The notes under the pieces are model-generated. The model saw only the letters and a list, made by a program, of their open reading frames with translations. It made no database searches and was not told where the DNA came from. From positions 83,357-147,356 of the forward strand of contig JBAZIZ010000003.1 of NCBI GenBank assembly GCA_041651535.1: 64,000 nucleotides of DNA, written 5' to 3'. The DNA comes from Patescibacteria group bacterium. Its GTDB lineage: Bacteria > Patescibacteriota > Patescibacteriia > Magasanikbacterales > UBA922. Both the position numbers and the translations under genes were made by a program. Positions 40,150 through 49,233 of this stretch are shown here, piece by piece (position 1 is the stretch's first letter; each line of letters starts with the position of its first letter).

Positions 40150-40899
40150 ATGGCCAACAAAAAACAGAGACTTCATCCTGATAATTTTGAAATGGAGTGT
40201 ACCACTGTTTGGTCGTTTCCACGACGCGGTAATTGGGCGACACATAAATCGGATTGGAGAGGAAATTGGGCACCTGAAGTAGTGCGCAATTTAATTTTAC
40301 GTTATTCAAAAGAAAAAGATCATTTATTAGACTGTATGATTGGCGGTGGAACGACTGCTATTGAAGCAAAAATTTTAAATAGACATATCACCTGTGTTGA
40401 TATTAATGAACAAGCTGTCAAAAGAACGATAGAATCATTAAAATTTGAAATAAATAATAAAGCAAAACAAAGAATTGTAAAATGTGATGCAAGAAAAATG
40501 GATTTTATTAAAAATAATGAAATTGATTTTGTTCTCACCCATCCCCCTTACGCAGACATAATAAAATATAGTAATGGAAAAATAAAAGAAGATCTTTCCA
40601 ATATTCACGACATAGATGAATTTGTAAATCAAACTGGATTAGTAGCAAAAGAACTTTACAGAGTTTTAAAATCAGGAAAATTTTGTGCGATTTTAATTGG
40701 AGATACTCGCAGAAATAAAATGTATCAACCAATTGCTTTCCGAGTGATGGCTGAATTTATTAAAGTTGGTTTTAAATTAAAAGAAGACATAATAAAAAAA
40801 CAACACAATTGCAAAGCAACTGGTTTTTGGGTTAATAAGTCAAAAGAATTAAATTTTTTACTAATAATGCACGAACATTTATTTATTTTTCAAAAGTAA
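40150..40899 (+). CDS. Second amino (N4/N6) DNA methyltransferase of the RM locus
   Basis: LDCMIGGGTT (motif I) followed by THPPY (motif IV); GNWAP. Confidence 0.85.
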   Translation: MANKKQRLHPDNFEMECTTVWSFPRRGNWATHKSDWRGNWAPEVVRNLILRYSKEKDHLLDCMIGGGTTAIEAKILNRHITCVDINEQAVKRTIESLKFEINNKAKQRIVKCDARKMDFIKNNEIDFVLTHPPYADIIKYSNGKIKEDLSNIHDIDEFVNQTGLVAKELYRVLKSGKFCAILIGDTRRNKMYQPIAFRVMAEFIKVGFKLKEDIIKKQHNCKATGFWVNKSKELNFLLIMHEHLFIFQK

Positions 40900-40983
40900 T
40901 AATTAAAAACAATATATATTGTGGATAATTTTTGGAAAAACACAATTAAATAAAAAACAAAATATAATTTTTAATAAAAAAAT

Positions 40984-41328
40984 ATGTCCAAAAAAAGAAT
41001 CTTAATCGCAATTTTAACCGGAGCATTACTTGGAATTTTTTGTATAATCGGAATAAGCGTACGACTTGGTTTTGCAGGAAACGAATTATTTATTTTTTCT
41101 ACTTGGCTAAATAGAGTTATCATGGGTTTAGTAATAGGATTAGCACCATATTATGAAATAAAAAATAATACTAAAAATATTTTACTTCGCGGAGCATTTT
41201 TAGGTTTTATAATCAGTGGATCTTTTTTCCTTGCTACAAATTTCCGAGATGTCCCTGGTTTTATCGCTGGAATTTTTTATGGAATAATTATAGATTTTAT
41301 TGCTAGTAAAAGTGTAAAAAATAATTAA
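40984..41328 (+). CDS. Small four-TM hypothetical membrane protein
   Basis: 114 aa with four Gly-rich hydrophobic segments. Confidence 0.75.
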   Translation: MSKKRILIAILTGALLGIFCIIGISVRLGFAGNELFIFSTWLNRVIMGLVIGLAPYYEIKNNTKNILLRGAFLGFIISGSFFLATNFRDVPGFIAGIFYGIIIDFIASKSVKNN

Positions 41329-41338
41329 TATCAAAAAA

Positions 41339-41367
41339 TTGACAACTTATTTTTTCTCAATTATAAT
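41339..41367 (+). promoter_or_regulatory. Consensus sigma70 promoter driving the SAM riboswitch
   Basis: TTGACA-17 bp-TATAAT. Confidence 0.8.
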
Positions 41368-41392
41368 TTAATCAGACAATTCAATAAAAAAA

Positions 41393-41492
41393 TTTATTCA
41401 GAGTGCAGTTAGGGAACTAGCCCGATGACCTGCCGACAACCTATCTCAAAAAAGACAAGGTGCCAATTCTAGCCCAAAAGGGGAAGATAAAA
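41393..41492 (+). promoter_or_regulatory. SAM-I (S-box) riboswitch aptamer
   Basis: TTATTCAGAG...AGGGAACTAGCCCGATGA...CAACC...AAGGTGCCAATTCTAG...AAGATAA matches S-box consensus; pseudoknot CTAG/CTAG still pairs. Confidence 0.9.
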
Positions 41493-41517
41493 AATGTTTT
41501 TTGTTTTTAGTAAAAAT

Positions 41518-41547
41518 ATCTTTCCCAACAGGAAAGATTTTATTTTT
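41518..41547 (+). terminator. Riboswitch expression-platform terminator
   Basis: ATCTTTCC/GGAAAGAT plus T-run; its 5' arm can instead pair with the P1 3' strand GGGAAGATA (antiterminator). Confidence 0.8.
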
Positions 41548-41620
41548 CATTAAAAATATATGCTATAAACAAAAAATTGAAACTTCTGTTCTTTACTATT
41601 AACAAAATAAAAATAATTTT

Positions 41621-42004
41621 ATGAAAAAAACTTTAGCCGAAATAGAAAACTGGGCAACTAAACTCACTGCCACACAAATAGACCAATTACCAGAAGAAGA
41701 AATAATCGAATATATAATGGAAAGACCTGGACATCCAGGACAATATGGTTTTATGTTAGGACCTGAATCTTTTAAATCAATAGAAGAATTTTCAACTATA
41801 TTTTCCGCTCTAATGAACAGATTAAATAAAATAGAAAATTTAGAAAATAAAATGACTAGTAATAAAGAAAAAACTGAGATCAACTTAGTAAGTTTGCAAA
41901 ATTATCTTCAAGGAAGAAAATGGGAGGAATTAACGAAGGAAGAACAACTAAACATATCTGGGGAAATATTAAAAATGATATTCCCAAACTTACCGAAGAA
42001 ATAA
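41621..42004 (+). CDS. Hypothetical protein downstream of SAM-I riboswitch
   Basis: 127-aa soluble ORF; no recognisable motif. Confidence 0.7.
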   Translation: MKKTLAEIENWATKLTATQIDQLPEEEIIEYIMERPGHPGQYGFMLGPESFKSIEEFSTIFSALMNRLNKIENLENKMTSNKEKTEINLVSLQNYLQGRKWEELTKEEQLNISGEILKMIFPNLPKK

Positions 42005-42076
42005 ATAAAAAATAATTTTTTGACTTTCTTTAATTTGTGTCATAAAATATAAGTATAATAAAAAAATAAAAATTAT

Positions 42077-42499
42077 ATGAAAATTAGATCTGCAAATAAA
42101 TCGGACATGAAAAATGTTGAAAAATTATTGAATTTACCAGAATTAAAAATGGCAACAGGTGAAAATATTTCTGCTAAAATACTATCCAAATATTTAGATA
42201 AAAAATTTTTTTTAGTAGCTGAAGAAAACAAAGAAATTATTGGTACTGTTATGGGAGAAAGATTAAAAAATGGTGGTTTATCTCTCTGGTATCTTGCCGT
42301 TAAAAAAGATGCAAGAGAAAAAGGTGTGGGGTCAGCATTAATTGATAAAATTGAAAAAAATATGATTTCTGAAAAAAAAGATTGGATAATCTTATACGCA
42401 CCAATAAAAAATCAAAAAACTATACGATTTTATAAAAAAAGAGGTTACAATAAAGGAATAACTCACGTTGAATTTTTAAAATATTTAGACAAAAAATAA
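42077..42499 (+). CDS. GNAT family acetyltransferase
   Basis: LAV...R.KGVGS.L acetyl-CoA motif A, N....FY.K.GY motif B. Confidence 0.9.
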   Translation: MKIRSANKSDMKNVEKLLNLPELKMATGENISAKILSKYLDKKFFLVAEENKEIIGTVMGERLKNGGLSLWYLAVKKDAREKGVGSALIDKIEKNMISEKKDWIILYAPIKNQKTIRFYKKRGYNKGITHVEFLKYLDKK

Positions 42500-42556
42500 A
42501 ATAATCTTTTTATTATTTAAAAATTCCTAAATCTGAAATTAAAAATCTAAAATCTT

Positions 42557-43522
42557 ATGTCTCTTAAAAAAAATTTAATAAATTTTTTAGAATATCTCGA
42601 AATAGAAAAAAATCGCAGTCCAAAAACTGTGGAAAATTATAATTTTTATTTAGGTCGTTTTATTGAATGGTTTGGTGACAAATCTGCTGACGCTATAAAA
42701 TCTGAAGATGTTCGTCAATATCGTTTATGGTTAAACAGACTGGTTGATGTTCATGGCGAAGCTCTTAAAAAAAATACACAAAATTATCATCTTATCGCTT
42801 TACGATCTTTTTTGAAATATTTATCAAAACAAGACGTTGAAACTTTAGCTCCAGAAAAAATTGAACTTATGAAAATGCCAGACAGACAGGTGGACTTTTT
42901 AGACAACAGTGATTTAAACAGAATTTTAGAAGCACCGTTTAAAAATATAAATAAAAAAAAATTAGAAGAAGAAGGAGAAAAAAAAGGAATGTCCGCTACT
43001 TTACTCATTGCTTACCGTGATAAAGCTCTTTTGGAACTTTTGTTTTCTACAGGACTTCGTGTTTCCGAAGCTGCCAAATTAAAAAAAACTGATATAAATC
43101 TTAATCGCGATGAATTTACAGTTAGAGGAAAAGGAATGAAAAGTCGTATCGTATTTTTGTCTGAACAAGCAAAATATTTTTTAAAAAAATATTTGGAAAT
43201 CCGTGCTGATATGAATCCACATCTTTTTATTTCTCATGACAAAAGAACAAAAAAAGAAGACAATGATTCTTTTTTAACTCCACGATCTATCGAAAGAATT
43301 GTCCAAAAACATGCACGAGAAGCTGGAATTACAAAAACTGTCACTCCACACACACTTCGCCATTCTTATGCGACTGATTTGTTACAAAATGGTGCTGATA
43401 TCCGAAGCGTCCAAGCGATGCTCGGTCATTCTTCTATTACCACTACTCAAATTTACACTCACATTACAGACAAAGAATTACGAAACATTCACAAAAAATT
43501 TCATGACAAAGGAAGAAAGTAA
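42557..43522 (+). CDS. XerC/XerD-like tyrosine recombinase
   Basis: N-terminal SAM-like domain; R-K-H-R-H-Y catalytic set (GLRVSE, RGKG, HTLRHS, LGHS, TQIY). Confidence 0.93.
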   Translation: MSLKKNLINFLEYLEIEKNRSPKTVENYNFYLGRFIEWFGDKSADAIKSEDVRQYRLWLNRLVDVHGEALKKNTQNYHLIALRSFLKYLSKQDVETLAPEKIELMKMPDRQVDFLDNSDLNRILEAPFKNINKKKLEEEGEKKGMSATLLIAYRDKALLELLFSTGLRVSEAAKLKKTDINLNRDEFTVRGKGMKSRIVFLSEQAKYFLKKYLEIRADMNPHLFISHDKRTKKEDNDSFLTPRSIERIVQKHAREAGITKTVTPHTLRHSYATDLLQNGADIRSVQAMLGHSSITTTQIYTHITDKELRNIHKKFHDKGRK

Positions 43523-43525
43523 AAC

Positions 43526-43649
43526 GATTTTAGATTCTAGAATTTGGATTTTAGAATTAAAAAACCTTGTCTAAATTTTAGATAAGGTTTTTTGTTTAAA
43601 ACTTTTTTTTAAAAATAATTCTAAAATCTTAAATCATAAATCTAGAATT
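43526..43649. repeat. Inverted 7-bp arrays enclosing a bidirectional terminator
   Basis: GATTTTA GATTCTA GAATTTG GATTTTA; hairpin AAAAACCTTGTCTAAA/TTTAGATAAGGTTTTT; AATTCTA AAATCTT AAATCAT AAATCTA. Confidence 0.7.
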
Positions 43650-44385
43650 ATTTGTTTCCTATTTTTTCAAAAGCTCGCAAAATTTCAAGTGGAATTGCAA
43701 AAATAACTGTATTTGATTGATCAGAACTTAAATCATTTAAAGTATTTAAAGTACGAAGATGCAAAGCGCCATCTTGTGAGCTCAACATTTTAGCTGCAAT
43801 TGCTAATTTTTCAGCAGCAATAACTTCACCTTCAGATTTTATAATCACTGCTCTTTTTTCTCTTTCGGCTTCTGCTTGTTTAGCAATCACTCTTTGCATA
43901 TCATCAGGTAAAATTACATCTTTAAGTTCTACACCATTTACTTTTATTCCCCATGGATCTGTCGCTTCATCAACTATTTCTTTGATTCTTTTTGCTGCTT
44001 GTTCTCGATTCGCTAAAAGTTCATCAAGTTCAAGCTCACCAACCACATTTCTCATAGTAGTTTGCGCAAGTTGGCTAACTGCATACCAAAAATTTTCTAC
44101 TTCTAAAATTGCTTTAGAGGCATCGGAAACTTGATAATAAATTACTGCATTAATTTTTGCTGAAACATTATCTTTGGTAATTGCCTCTTGCAATGGAACA
44201 TCTACCGCTTTGACACGAATATCTACTTTTGTCATACTCTGAATAATTGGAAAAACTAATCTCCAACCTGGTTCAATCATGCCAGAATATTTTCCTAAAG
44301 TAAATTTTACTCCTCTTTGATATTGATTTACCTGTTTAATACTTACTAAAAGTAAAACAAGCAAAACAATTAAAAAAACTTCCAT
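43648..44385 (-). CDS. SPFH/band 7 (stomatin/slipin) family protein
   Basis: N-terminal TM, ITKDNV, AQTTMR, WGIKV..VELKD, QAEAERE motifs. Confidence 0.94.
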   Translation of the reverse strand: MEVFLIVLLVLLLVSIKQVNQYQRGVKFTLGKYSGMIEPGWRLVFPIIQSMTKVDIRVKAVDVPLQEAITKDNVSAKINAVIYYQVSDASKAILEVENFWYAVSQLAQTTMRNVVGELELDELLANREQAAKRIKEIVDEATDPWGIKVNGVELKDVILPDDMQRVIAKQAEAEREKRAVIIKSEGEVIAAEKLAIAAKMLSSQDGALHLRTLNTLNDLSSDQSNTVIFAIPLEILRAFEKIGNK

Positions 44386-44581
44386 AAAATTAAATCATTT
44401 TTATAAAAACTAGATGGCTAGTTATAATTAAGTTTAGATTATATAGAGATAATTGTCAAAATTATCTAATCGAAAGTTACGTTATTAATAAAATTTTATT
44501 AATAACATGTCTTTCGACATTTAACTTTAGACATTCGACTCTTCTATGGTATACTAAAATAAATAATTAGATAAATTTTTT

Positions 44582-45649
44582 ATGAAAAAAATATTTTTAA
44601 TCTCTTTTTTTCTTATTTTTAATTTATTTTGGACAATAAACTGTCAAGCTGAGGAAAATAATAACCAAAATCAAGAAATAAAAAAAATAAATGCTACTGT
44701 GATTTTTGTAGGAGAAAATTCAGTTCGCATCAAAGATAATCAGGGCAATCACTATGAAGTGGATCAAAGTTTTGAAACTGGCAGTAGCGAAAAAGTAGAA
44801 AAAGGTATGAATGTTAAAGCAGAATTAATAACTATGCAAGATGGTTCTATTCGTTGTGTAATCAGTGATATAAACAGACTAGAAAAAATTTGGATTTTTA
44901 TTATAATTTTTGTTTTTTCAGTTTTTTGTTTTTTAAGAAAGCAGGGTTTAATCGCTTTATTAAATTTAGCAATTACTTTTTTATTTGTTATTTTTTTTAT
45001 AATACCTCTTGTAATAAAAGGTTATAATCCGTTAATATCAACTATAATCGGCACTTCACTTGCAATGACTGTTATGTTTTTTACTTTGTATGGCAAAACA
45101 AAAAAAACTTTAGCAATCAGTTTTTCAGCATTAATCAGTTTGATAATTTCTACAATTTTTTCTTGGTTATTTATCAAATTTACTTATCTGACAGGTTTTG
45201 CTAGTGATGAAGCTACTTATTTAGTTACTGCTGGTTATGGACATATTGATATGAAAGGTTTACTTTTAGCTGCATTTTTAATCGGAATTATGGGAACTTT
45301 GGATGATATTATTATCAATCAAGTTTCAATTATTGAAAGTTTAAAAAAAATTAATCCAAAAATGAAATCTTGGGAAGCTTATCGTGAAGCTATGAAAATA
45401 GGTCGAGATCACATGTCTTCGATGATCAATACTTTAATTTTTGCTTATGCTGGGGCAGCTTTTCCACTGCTGATTTTATTTTATTTAAAAAATCCTCCTT
45501 TTGATTCAGTGAATTCTATTTTAAATAATGAAATAGTTGCAACTGAAATTGTTCGGATGATCGTTGGCTCAATGTCTTTACTTTTTGCCACACCAATTTC
45601 AAGTTATTTAGCCGTCAAATTCTTTTTGACAAAAAACAAACAACGTTGA
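44582..45649 (+). CDS. YibE/F family membrane protein
   Basis: Multi-TM; G..DD...Q, GRDH..SMINTL.FAYAG, EIVR..VGS motifs. Confidence 0.9.
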   Translation: MKKIFLISFFLIFNLFWTINCQAEENNNQNQEIKKINATVIFVGENSVRIKDNQGNHYEVDQSFETGSSEKVEKGMNVKAELITMQDGSIRCVISDINRLEKIWIFIIIFVFSVFCFLRKQGLIALLNLAITFLFVIFFIIPLVIKGYNPLISTIIGTSLAMTVMFFTLYGKTKKTLAISFSALISLIISTIFSWLFIKFTYLTGFASDEATYLVTAGYGHIDMKGLLLAAFLIGIMGTLDDIIINQVSIIESLKKINPKMKSWEAYREAMKIGRDHMSSMINTLIFAYAGAAFPLLILFYLKNPPFDSVNSILNNEIVATEIVRMIVGSMSLLFATPISSYLAVKFFLTKNKQR

Positions 45650-45693
45650 CAAAAATATATTTTTCCGCTATAATTTTTTCGTGTTTAAAAAAC

Positions 45694-45765
45694 GCTCCGA
45701 TAGTTCAATGGATAGAACACAAGCCTTCTAAGCTTGGGATGTAGGTTCGATTCCTACTCGGGGTA
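45694..45765 (+). tRNA. tRNA-Arg(TCT), CCA not encoded
   Basis: Anticodon arm CAAGC-CTTCTAA-GCTTG, T-arm GTAGG-TTCGATT-CCTAC, TTGACA/TATAAT promoter upstream. Confidence 0.96.
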
Positions 45766-45792
45766 CAAAAAAATCCGTTCAAAACGGATTTT

Positions 45793-46209
45793 TTATTTAG
45801 CACAATCAGAAAGCATATAATCTGGAAAATTATACTTTGATAAAGTGCAATCTATTTGTCCATTACCCGCAAAAACAATTTCCCAATTATTTTCTATTTT
45901 TGTCGCTAAAAAAATAATCCCAGGCATTTTTTCTACAAAAATTATGCCTCCACGAGCAAAATTTGCTTCAAATTTATCAATTCTGACTTGTAAAGTTTTT
46001 TGATATTTTGGATATTTATCAATAAAAAGTTTCTGTAATTCAGCCTGTGCGTCTTCTTTTTCTTTGAGATTGTTTTGGTCAATTTTATTTTGATTTTCTA
46101 AAATATTTTTTTCTTCTTTTTTAGAATCAAAAACTGACAAATTACAAGCAGAAAAAAATAAAGATATAAAAAATAAAAAAATAAATATAATGATTTTATT
46201 GTTTTTCAT
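45793..46209 (-). CDS. Putative lipoprotein
   Basis: Signal peptide with lipobox-like FSAC; C-terminal W....GNG..DC...C. Confidence 0.65.
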   Translation of the reverse strand: MKNNKIIIFIFLFFISLFFSACNLSVFDSKKEEKNILENQNKIDQNNLKEKEDAQAELQKLFIDKYPKYQKTLQVRIDKFEANFARGGIIFVEKMPGIIFLATKIENNWEIVFAGNGQIDCTLSKYNFPDYMLSDCAK

Positions 46210-46410
46210 AAAATGATTTTAATTAAACAATTTCATTATATTTTAAAAAAGAAATAAAGTAAAATTTAATTTAAATAGATAAGACAAAAATTGTCTTCCC
46301 TTCCCTGCTCTATTTTTTATATTATAAAACAAATAGTTAAAATAAATATAAAATTTTTGTAAAATAAAAAACATTCTGTGGATAAGAATGTTTTTTTATT
46401 TAAATTTTTA

Positions 46411-47694
46411 TTAACTAACAAGTTTATTTTTTAAGAATTCTACAACTTTTTTATTAGTTAACATATTTTTAACTGACTCTTTTACTTCAGTTTTATTTAA
46501 ATTTTCTAAATACTCTGGGTTTGATTTGTACATATCTTTCATCAAATTCATTTCTTTTTCAAATTCTTCTTCAGATATTTTTATTTCATTATCAATCGCA
46601 ACTTGTCTAGATAAAAGTGCTGCTTTAGCTCTTTTTACAGCTTTGTCTGTAAAATGTTCTTGCAGCTCTTTTTCATCTTTTTTAATATCAGCCATATATT
46701 GTTCTAAAGTAATTCCATTTCTTTCCAAGTCGTTTTGTAATTCATAAAACATGCGAGTTCTTTCATTGTTTACTAAAACTTCTGGAATCTCACCGAACTC
46801 TGATTTATCAATTAAAAGATCAAACATTTCTACTTCAGCCGATTGATCAGCTTTTTGTTCTTTTTCAGTTTTTAAATTTTTAGTTAATAATTCTTTTAAT
46901 TTTTCTAAATTTTCTTGACCAAGAGTTTTTGCAAAAGCATCATTAATTTCTGGTAATTCCATTTCGTAAACTTCTTTTACTTTAATTTTAAATTTTCCAG
47001 TTTTACCAGCTAACATTTTACTATAATAATCTTTTGGGAAAGGCAAATCGAATTCTTTTTCATCATCTTTTTTTAAACCAACTAAATTATCATTAAATCC
47101 AGCAATATGATGTTCTTTTTCTGCTAAATAAACTTGGTAATCTTTTGCTTGTCCGCCTTCTACTGGCACATTATCCAAAGACAAATCCATATCAATAACT
47201 ATTTTATCACTTGCTTCTGCTTTACCTTTTTTTATAATTTCTTTAGCTTGCATTTTTGCTAAATTATCTAAAACTTCTTTTATATCTTTTTCACCAACTT
47301 CTTTTATATCTTTTTTTATTTTAATTTTAGTTAAATCAGCTAATTTAATTTTTGGCAATAAAGCAACTGTGGCTTTAAAAACAACATCATTTCCTGGAGC
47401 AATTTTTTCTACTTTTATTTCTGGCATACCAACAACTTCTATTTTATCTTTAGAAATTGCTTCAAAATAAAATTCTTGAACTATTTTTTCCAAAGCTTCT
47501 TGTAAAATTCCCATCTCACCAAATTCTTTTTTGATCATATCAAAAGGTGCTTTTCCTTTACGGAAACCTTTGATTGCTACACGATCAGAAATTCTTTTAG
47601 CAGCTGATTCCAAATGTTTTTGATATTCTTCAGGTTTTACTGTAATTTCAATTTCCATTTGTGCTTTGTCTAATTTTTTTGTCTTATAATCCAT
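46411..47694 (-). CDS. tig: Trigger factor
   Basis: GFRKGKAP ribosome-binding signature, FKBP-like FP.DY...LAGK. Confidence 0.96.
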   Translation of the reverse strand: MDYKTKKLDKAQMEIEITVKPEEYQKHLESAAKRISDRVAIKGFRKGKAPFDMIKKEFGEMGILQEALEKIVQEFYFEAISKDKIEVVGMPEIKVEKIAPGNDVVFKATVALLPKIKLADLTKIKIKKDIKEVGEKDIKEVLDNLAKMQAKEIIKKGKAEASDKIVIDMDLSLDNVPVEGGQAKDYQVYLAEKEHHIAGFNDNLVGLKKDDEKEFDLPFPKDYYSKMLAGKTGKFKIKVKEVYEMELPEINDAFAKTLGQENLEKLKELLTKNLKTEKEQKADQSAEVEMFDLLIDKSEFGEIPEVLVNNERTRMFYELQNDLERNGITLEQYMADIKKDEKELQEHFTDKAVKRAKAALLSRQVAIDNEIKISEEEFEKEMNLMKDMYKSNPEYLENLNKTEVKESVKNMLTNKKVVEFLKNKLVS

Positions 47695-47852
47695 AAAATC
47701 TATTAAAATTTAATAAATAATTAGATTTAATATAGACTATAAAACGCTTTTTGTCAACTTATGACTTAAAAATAGATTTTTGGCATTTTCTGGTTTTTTT
47801 CTTGACAAAATTATTAAAATGATGTATAAATAAAACACTTATTTTAATAACT

Positions 47853-47888
47853 GTGGGAGTTTAAAATCATTTTTAAACGCTAAACCAC
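47853..47888 (+). promoter_or_regulatory. Ribosomal protein L1 autoregulatory leader
   Basis: GTGG-GA-[GTTTAAAA/TTTTAAAC]-GCTAAA-CCAC resembles known L1 mRNA binding sites; 12 nt before the rplA ATG. Confidence 0.7.
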
Positions 47889-47900
47889 TAAAAAAATTCT

Positions 47901-48581
47901 ATGTTATCAAAAAGAATGAAAGACTTAAAAACAAAAGTCGATAAAACCAAGAGCTATTCTATTGAAGAAGCTATAAAATTGGTAAAAGAAACTAGCAATG
48001 TAAAATTTGACGCTTCTGTCGAAGTTCATGCTAATTTAGGTATAGACCCAAAAAAAAGTGATCAACAAATTCGTGCTACTGTTGTTTTGCCTCATGGAAC
48101 AGGAAAAACAAAAAAAATTGCTGCTTTTGTCGGAGCTAATGATGAAAAAGATGCAAAAGAAGCTGGTGCTGATTTTGTTTACTCTGAAGAAGATATCAAA
48201 AAACTTCAAAGTAGTGGAAAAATTGAATTTGATTTAGCAGTTTCTACACCAGAAATGATGCCAAAAATGGCACTTGTTGCTCGTATTCTTGGTCCAAAAG
48301 GACTTATGCCAAACCCAAAAACAGGAACAGTCGATGCAAATGTGAAAAAAATGATTGGAGATTTAAAAAGAGGTAAAACATCTTTTAAAAATGACGACAC
48401 TTCCAATATTCACCAAGTAATTGGAAAAGTAAGTTTTACAGAATCTCAACTAAAAGAAAATTTTGAAACTTTCTTGGAAACTTTAAAAAAGATTAAACCA
48501 ATGAGTTCAAAAGGTATTTATATAAAATCATTATTCTTGACTAGTTCAATGGGACCAAGTATAAAAATAGATGTACAATAA
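47901..48581 (+). CDS. rplA: 50S ribosomal protein L1
   Basis: KFDASVE, LPHGTGK, LGPKGLMPNPKTGTV, SSMGP motifs. Confidence 0.98.
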   Translation: MLSKRMKDLKTKVDKTKSYSIEEAIKLVKETSNVKFDASVEVHANLGIDPKKSDQQIRATVVLPHGTGKTKKIAAFVGANDEKDAKEAGADFVYSEEDIKKLQSSGKIEFDLAVSTPEMMPKMALVARILGPKGLMPNPKTGTVDANVKKMIGDLKRGKTSFKNDDTSNIHQVIGKVSFTESQLKENFETFLETLKKIKPMSSKGIYIKSLFLTSSMGPSIKIDVQ

Positions 48582-48694
48582 AAATTAAAATCCGCTAACA
48601 GCGGATTTTTTGTTAACTAAAATAAACTTTTTTTAGATTTGCCTAGCTAGTGTTTTTTTGATAAAATAAATAAAATACCTTTAATTTTAAATAT

Positions 48695-49216
48695 ATGGAA
48701 AAAGCTCGGCAAGATGTTCCTTCATGGGATGAATTTTTTATAAAAATAGCTGAAACAGTTTCAAAAAAATCAAAAGATCCTTCAACACAAAATGGTTGTG
48801 TTATAGTAGACAAAAAAAATAAACCTATCTCTTTTGGTTATAATGGTTTTATTAGTGATGCTGATGAAAACAAAATGACTTTTGAAAGACCTATGAAATA
48901 TTTTTTGACAATTCATGCTGAAATGAATGCTATTTTATTTGCTAAAAAAGATTTAGAAGATTGTGTTCTTTATACTCTTTATGCACCGTGTGATAATTGT
49001 CTTAAACATATTATTCAATCAGGCATAAAAAAAATTATCTATAAAAATTATATTGTGGAAAGTAAAAAAACTAATAATGAAAAATATATTGCCAATGAAA
49101 ACACTCGGGAAGCAATTACTAGAATTTTATTATCAAGACCTGATGTAAAATGTTATAATTTAGATGGTAAAACTTTTTTAGAAGAAATGTGGGGAAAAGA
49201 TATTCCAATTTTTTAA
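48695..49216 (+). CDS. dCMP deaminase family protein
   Basis: SKDPSTQ.G, GYNG, HAEMNAI and PCDNC zinc motifs. Confidence 0.92.
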   Translation: MEKARQDVPSWDEFFIKIAETVSKKSKDPSTQNGCVIVDKKNKPISFGYNGFISDADENKMTFERPMKYFLTIHAEMNAILFAKKDLEDCVLYTLYAPCDNCLKHIIQSGIKKIIYKNYIVESKKTNNEKYIANENTREAITRILLSRPDVKCYNLDGKTFLEEMWGKDIPIF

Positions 49217-49233
49217 TTTTTAAATAATACTTT

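Noticed and set aside
38322-43522. Integrative island from the RM locus to the tyrosine recombinase
   Set aside because: The recombinase looks like a housekeeping XerC/D type; I found no att-like direct repeats, no abutting tRNA and no other mobility genes.
19951-45649. Alternative genetic code (TGA read as Gly or Trp)
   Set aside because: Long genes are uninterrupted under code 11, and TGA ends genes at plausible C-termini (19951, 45649).
17268-46385. DnaA boxes at 17268, 32407, 40920 and 46377, and the AT-rich tract 32270-32480, as oriC
   Set aside because: Boxes are single and scattered with no cluster, and dnaA/dnaN are absent from the window; they may be regulatory but an origin is unsupported.
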